64,000 bases of DNA from Alphaproteobacteria bacterium (lineage in GTDB: Bacteria; Pseudomonadota; Alphaproteobacteria; CBDBCS01). This document shows, piece after piece, positions 60,129 to 64,000 of this stretch (position 1 is the stretch's first letter; each line of letters opens with the position of its first letter). The position numbers were made by a program, and so were the translations under genes. The DNA lies in NCBI GenBank assembly GCA_965203415.1, contig CBDBCS010000006.1:702500-766499 (forward strand), in the 5' to 3' direction. The notes beneath the pieces are model-generated. The model ran no database searches, was not told where the DNA came from, and was given only the letters and a program-made list of their open reading frames with translations.

Positions 60129-62132
60129 CTACGACACGAGCTCTCGGGCGCGAGCCGCGATCGCCTCGGGTGTCAGATTGAAATGTTCATAAAGAGCCGC
60201 TCCCGAACCCGAAGCCCCAAACGTAGACAGACCCATAAAAGCGTCCTGGTCGGGCCGCATCCAGCGGTGCCAGGGCATCTCGAGGCCCGCTTCTATAAAA
60301 AGACGCGGCGACGCGCCTAAATGCTCGGCGCCATACGCGGGCCCTTGAGACTCAAATAACGCCAGGCACGGCACAGACACCAGATTGGCACGAAGCGGGG
60401 CCGCCCCGCCTCTCGACTCGGCCAAAAGAGCCACGGCCGCCAAAGCCAGATGCACCTCGCTGCCGGAAGCAACCAGCGTCAGGTCCGGAGATGGAAAAGC
60501 CGTCCCGATGAAATAACCGCCGTATTGACTTTGATTCGTCTCGACGCTCCGGGACGGCAGAGGCGGTAGAGCCTGGCGCGACAAAATCAGAAACGCAGGG
60601 CCACCTTGGGCCGCCAGAGCCAACTCCCAGCACTCGGCCGTTTCCAGGGCGTCGGCGGGGCGGAGAACCTGCGTGTTTGGAATCGAGCGCAGGCCTGTCA
60701 GGTGCTCGACGGGCTGATGCGTCGGGCCGTCGCCTCCCAGTCCAATCGAATCGTGCGTGAGAACATAAATCACCCCAAGCTTCATCAGAGCCGATAAACG
60801 AATCGCCGGGCGCATATAGTCCGAGAAGACGACAAAAGTGCTCCCATAAGGCTTGAGGCCGCCGTGAAGGGCTAAACCGTTCATGACCGCTGCCATGGCG
60901 TGCTCGCGCACCCCGTAAAAAAGATAGGACCCTCGAGGGTGCGTGCGCGTCAAAGGCTCCATCGCGGGCGCTTTCGCATTGTTCGAAAGCGTCAGGTCGC
61001 ACGAGCCTCCCAGAAGATTCGGGCAAAAAGAGGCAAGCTCTTCCAATACCCGCCCCGACGCCTGGCGCGTGGCGAGCGGTTTCTCCAAGGCGGCCAGTTT
61101 GCCTCGAACCCGCCGCATGTTTTGGGGGAGGGACTCAGGCGAGGCCTGCCAAGCGCGAAATTGGGCCGCCATGGGGTGCGCAGCAAGCCGAGTCTGCCAC
61201 GCCCGCTGCTCGGCCGCGCCGCGCTGAGCCGCCTGTCCGAAAACCGCATAGGGCTCGGGGGGGAACTCAAAAGGAGGATGCGGCCAGCGCAGGTCATCGC
61301 GCATCTGGGCGATTTCCGCCTCGCCCAAGGGAGCCCCGTGCGCACTCGAACGCCCTTGGTGCGAGGGAGCCCCGCGGCCGATTGTGGTTTTGAACCGAAT
61401 GAGGACGGGGGCCTCTGCGCTGGAGACAGCCTCATCCAAGGTGGTGCGAATCGCCTCCATATCGTGGCCGTCGGCCATCAGAACGCGCCAGTGGCACGCC
61501 TCGAAGCGTTGGGTTTGGTCTCCCGAGTCTGCCAGCGTCACCGGCCCGTCTATGGTCACGCCATTGTCGTCAAACAGGACGATTAAATGGCCGAGCCCCA
61601 GATGGCCTGCCAGCGCGATGGCTTCTTGCGAGAGGCCCTCCATCAGACAGCCATCGCCGGCTAAAACCCAGGTGCGGTGCGAGACAAGCTCTGGACCGAA
61701 TTCGGCCCGGAGCCGCCGCTCGGCCAGAGCGAGCCCGACGCCCATCGCCAGACCCTGCCCCAGAGGCCCCGTGGTGGCCTCCACGCCGGGGGGGCCCAAC
61801 CCATATTCGGGATGACCCGCGGCGGGCGAACCCAGCTCTCGAAGCCGCTTGAGAACCGAGAGCGTCCAGCCCGGAAAGCCTGCAAAATGCAGAAGACCGT
61901 ATAACAGCATCGAGCCGTGGCCTGCCGATAGAACGAAGCGGTCTCGGTCCGGCCAGAACGGCGTCTCTGGGTCAAATTTCAAGTAAGACGACCATAAAAG
62001 CGTCGCCAATTCGGCACACCCCATCGGCAGACCCGGATGACCCGAGCCCGCCCGCTGCACCGCGTCCGCCGCCAGAAAACGGAGACTATCGGCCGCCTTG
62101 TGCAGGCGATGCTTCTCAGGAACGCGTGTCAT
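60129..62132 (-). CDS. tkt: Transketolase
   Basis: SGHPGLPMG, DRDRFVLSAGHGS, GHPE, TTGPLGQG, GDGCLMEG, GVREHAM and THDSIGLG.DGPTHQP motifs. Confidence 0.98.
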   Translation of the reverse strand: MTRVPEKHRLHKAADSLRFLAADAVQRAGSGHPGLPMGCAELATLLWSSYLKFDPETPFWPDRDRFVLSAGHGSMLLYGLLHFAGFPGWTLSVLKRLRELGSPAAGHPEYGLGPPGVEATTGPLGQGLAMGVGLALAERRLRAEFGPELVSHRTWVLAGDGCLMEGLSQEAIALAGHLGLGHLIVLFDDNGVTIDGPVTLADSGDQTQRFEACHWRVLMADGHDMEAIRTTLDEAVSSAEAPVLIRFKTTIGRGAPSHQGRSSAHGAPLGEAEIAQMRDDLRWPHPPFEFPPEPYAVFGQAAQRGAAEQRAWQTRLAAHPMAAQFRAWQASPESLPQNMRRVRGKLAALEKPLATRQASGRVLEELASFCPNLLGGSCDLTLSNNAKAPAMEPLTRTHPRGSYLFYGVREHAMAAVMNGLALHGGLKPYGSTFVVFSDYMRPAIRLSALMKLGVIYVLTHDSIGLGGDGPTHQPVEHLTGLRSIPNTQVLRPADALETAECWELALAAQGGPAFLILSRQALPPLPSRSVETNQSQYGGYFIGTAFPSPDLTLVASGSEVHLALAAVALLAESRGGAAPLRANLVSVPCLALFESQGPAYGAEHLGASPRLFIEAGLEMPWHRWMRPDQDAFMGLSTFGASGSGAALYEHFNLTPEAIAARARELVS

Positions 62133-62354
62133 CACAGTTTATCACAGTTGAATTTAGAGCTGTTTTCTCGTACTATAGGACAACCCGTCGGGTACATTTC
62201 CGGGTATATTTTCCGGGCGTTTCCTTGCCGGGGACGTGTCCGCCGTGGAGCCCGACACCCCCAAACGAGGCCCTCGACGCCGCACCTGGCCGCCGTCGTG
62301 TGCGGTTTTGCCGCTCTATCCGCCGCCCGGTCCGACCTGGCCGCCTGCCACCCG

Positions 62355-64000
62355 ATGAGACATCCAAAACGCGTCGCCGCTCGAACCGCTTATCGCAACG
62401 CCCATGCGCGCATGAATCTGACGTATGGCTTGTGCTTTCTGGCAGGACTCGTGCAGACGGGAGCGGGGATGGTGGGGCTCGTCTGTCTTTATTACCTGTT
62501 AGGCGGGGAGGATGCAACAAAAAAAATAACACAGACGTTCTCGCAGGCGGGCTCGACGGTCTTTGTGCCGAGCACCATCCCCGGGAGCATCCCCGGGACG
62601 ATCATCGGCGTGCTGGGGCTTGGCGTGATCGCGGGCCTCGTCTATTACGCTCTCAAACTTTTGCGGCCTTCGTTCCTCTTTCGAGCCTTCCACAGACACG
62701 AGCCCACCTTCTCCAGAATCATGTGGGACCACCACGTCCATTTTGGGTCCTGGGCCATGGCCAAAAAGCAATTGGGCGACGTTCTCGACCATTTCAAAGC
62801 CGTCCGAGCCTGGCATGTATCGGCCGGCGGGCTGGTGCTGCAAGACAGTTTTCTACGAGGCCTCTGGGCGGGGCTAGTTCTGTTTTTCGCCCCGAAATTG
62901 GGTCTTTTTTTCCTCGGCGTCTGGGGGAGTGCGCTTCTTCTGCTCGGCCTGGCGGCTGGGGCCGGCCGACGCAAGGCGCGCGTGCGTCTCCATCGAAAAA
63001 ACCAGGTGAATCTCCTTCTGGAGAACCTCGCGGCCCTGCGAGGCCACGCGCGTACGATGGGGCTGGTGGCCAATCTGATGCATCAATACAGGCTGGTGAA
63101 TGTCCGGCAAAGAATGCTCCAAGCCGAGCTCTGGTGGCTGGACGGGCTCGTGGCTTTCAGCCTGCGGGTTTTGAGGCTTGGTTTGATCGGGCTCTGTCTT
63201 GTCGTGAGCAGTGGGCTCTGGGTCGAGACCTTTGCCGGCCTGACGGGGACCAATCTGTCGGGACCGCTGGAGCTGGCCGGCTTCGTCTGTGTTCTGCTGA
63301 TTGCTGTGGGGTTTTTGGACCCTCACGACGCGTTTGTCCGGGGACTCAACCGGCGGCGGGCGGGCAAAATGGCCCACGAGGCCCTAGGCCGGTCGCTGTC
63401 GAACCAGCGGCCCCGAGCTCTTGGGACAAAGCCGCCCGACCAGGCCTTCCGAGGCGTCCTGTTCATGGCAGGTGCCGCCGTGATACCACCGGATACCACC
63501 GAACCCGTTTTACAGTCGGTGGACCTACGCTTGTTTGCGGGCCATACCGTCGGAGCTCTCGGCGAAAGCGGCAGTGGGAAGACGGCTTTAGCTCGACTTC
63601 TCGCGGGGGTTTGGAACGACTATGATGGCGATTTTACCATTGATGATCTCCCATTCCGAGACTATGATAAAGAACTCTACAGCCGTTACGTCGGCTATGT
63701 CCCGCAGGAGGATTTCTTCCCAGCCGGGACCGTCGCCGAAACGCTCGGCGGCTTTCATCCGGATATTTCCAATGAAAGAATGGTTGCGACGCTCCGTCTG
63801 TGCGGGCTGGAGGCCGCCATCGCGGGGCTGCCTCATGGCGTTTCGACCTTTGTCGAGCGAGGCGGCTTGTCGTTGCCGTTTGCTCTCAGACGCCGTCTCA
63901 CTTTTGCGCGAGCGGTTTTCCATAATCCGAAAATTCTTGTGATTGACACGCTCACGGGCTTCGACGAGGAGGGCATGAGCGCAACTTTGGAAGCTCTGAA
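62355..64000 (+). CDS. Divergent PrtD-like ABC transporter (TM domain + degenerate ATPase), cut off by the window end; not in the ORF track
   Basis: Manual translation from ATG 62355 (MRHPKRVAARTAYRNAHARMNLTYGLCFLAG...) stays open to the end; several TM segments, Walker A GESGSGKT, GYVPQE, GTVAET, LPHG..T, FARAVFHNPKILVID. Confidence 0.85.
   Translation, partial: MRHPKRVAARTAYRNAHARMNLTYGLCFLAGLVQTGAGMVGLVCLYYLLGGEDATKKITQTFSQAGSTVFVPSTIPGSIPGTIIGVLGLGVIAGLVYYALKLLRPSFLFRAFHRHEPTFSRIMWDHHVHFGSWAMAKKQLGDVLDHFKAVRAWHVSAGGLVLQDSFLRGLWAGLVLFFAPKLGLFFLGVWGSALLLLGLAAGAGRRKARVRLHRKNQVNLLLENLAALRGHARTMGLVANLMHQYRLVNVRQRMLQAELWWLDGLVAFSLRVLRLGLIGLCLVVSSGLWVETFAGLTGTNLSGPLELAGFVCVLLIAVGFLDPHDAFVRGLNRRRAGKMAHEALGRSLSNQRPRALGTKPPDQAFRGVLFMAGAAVIPPDTTEPVLQSVDLRLFAGHTVGALGESGSGKTALARLLAGVWNDYDGDFTIDDLPFRDYDKELYSRYVGYVPQEDFFPAGTVAETLGGFHPDISNERMVATLRLCGLEAAIAGLPHGVSTFVERGGLSLPFALRRRLTFARAVFHNPKILVIDTLTGFDEEGMSATLEAL

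Noticed and set aside
62126-63625. 499-aa ORF from the track
   Set aside because: Arg/Pro/Ser-rich shadow frame; the frame starting at 62355 encodes a recognisable ABC transporter

Overview
GC-rich alphaproteobacterial chromosomal segment; the assignment rests on gene orders such as trpD-trpC-moaC, flgF-G-A-H and proS-lolC/E-lolD. Mostly on the minus strand: moaC (partial), trpC, trpD, a degenerate M19 dipeptidase homolog, flgH/A/G/F, tolB/tolA joined directly to a PrtD-HlyD-TolC type I secretion operon, a PuuB-like oxidase, pcm, tRNA-Leu(CAG), the str-S10-spc ribosomal cluster (no rpmD, and no alpha operon after adk) and a PuuD-like hydrolase. Then come a Ca2+/Na+ antiporter, a myo-inositol uptake and catabolism locus (ABC transporter, iolG, iolCDEB), sufE, a fatty acyl-CoA reductase/PlsB-GNPAT-type acyltransferase fusion coupled to an SDR, proS, lolC/E, lolD, a DUF465 protein, tkt and a degenerate second T1SS-type ABC protein that runs off the window. 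I saw no integrase, transposase, reverse transcriptase or CRISPR array. Most notable: (i) the FAR-acyltransferase + SDR operon, which resembles eukaryotic FARAT ether-lipid initiation; (ii) a 694-bp, 58-unit 12-mer array open in all six frames; (iii) pervasive micro-tandem duplication at gene ends; (iv) several apparent pseudoenzymes; (v) two candidate structured ncRNAs. All calls come from reading motifs by eye; no searches were run.
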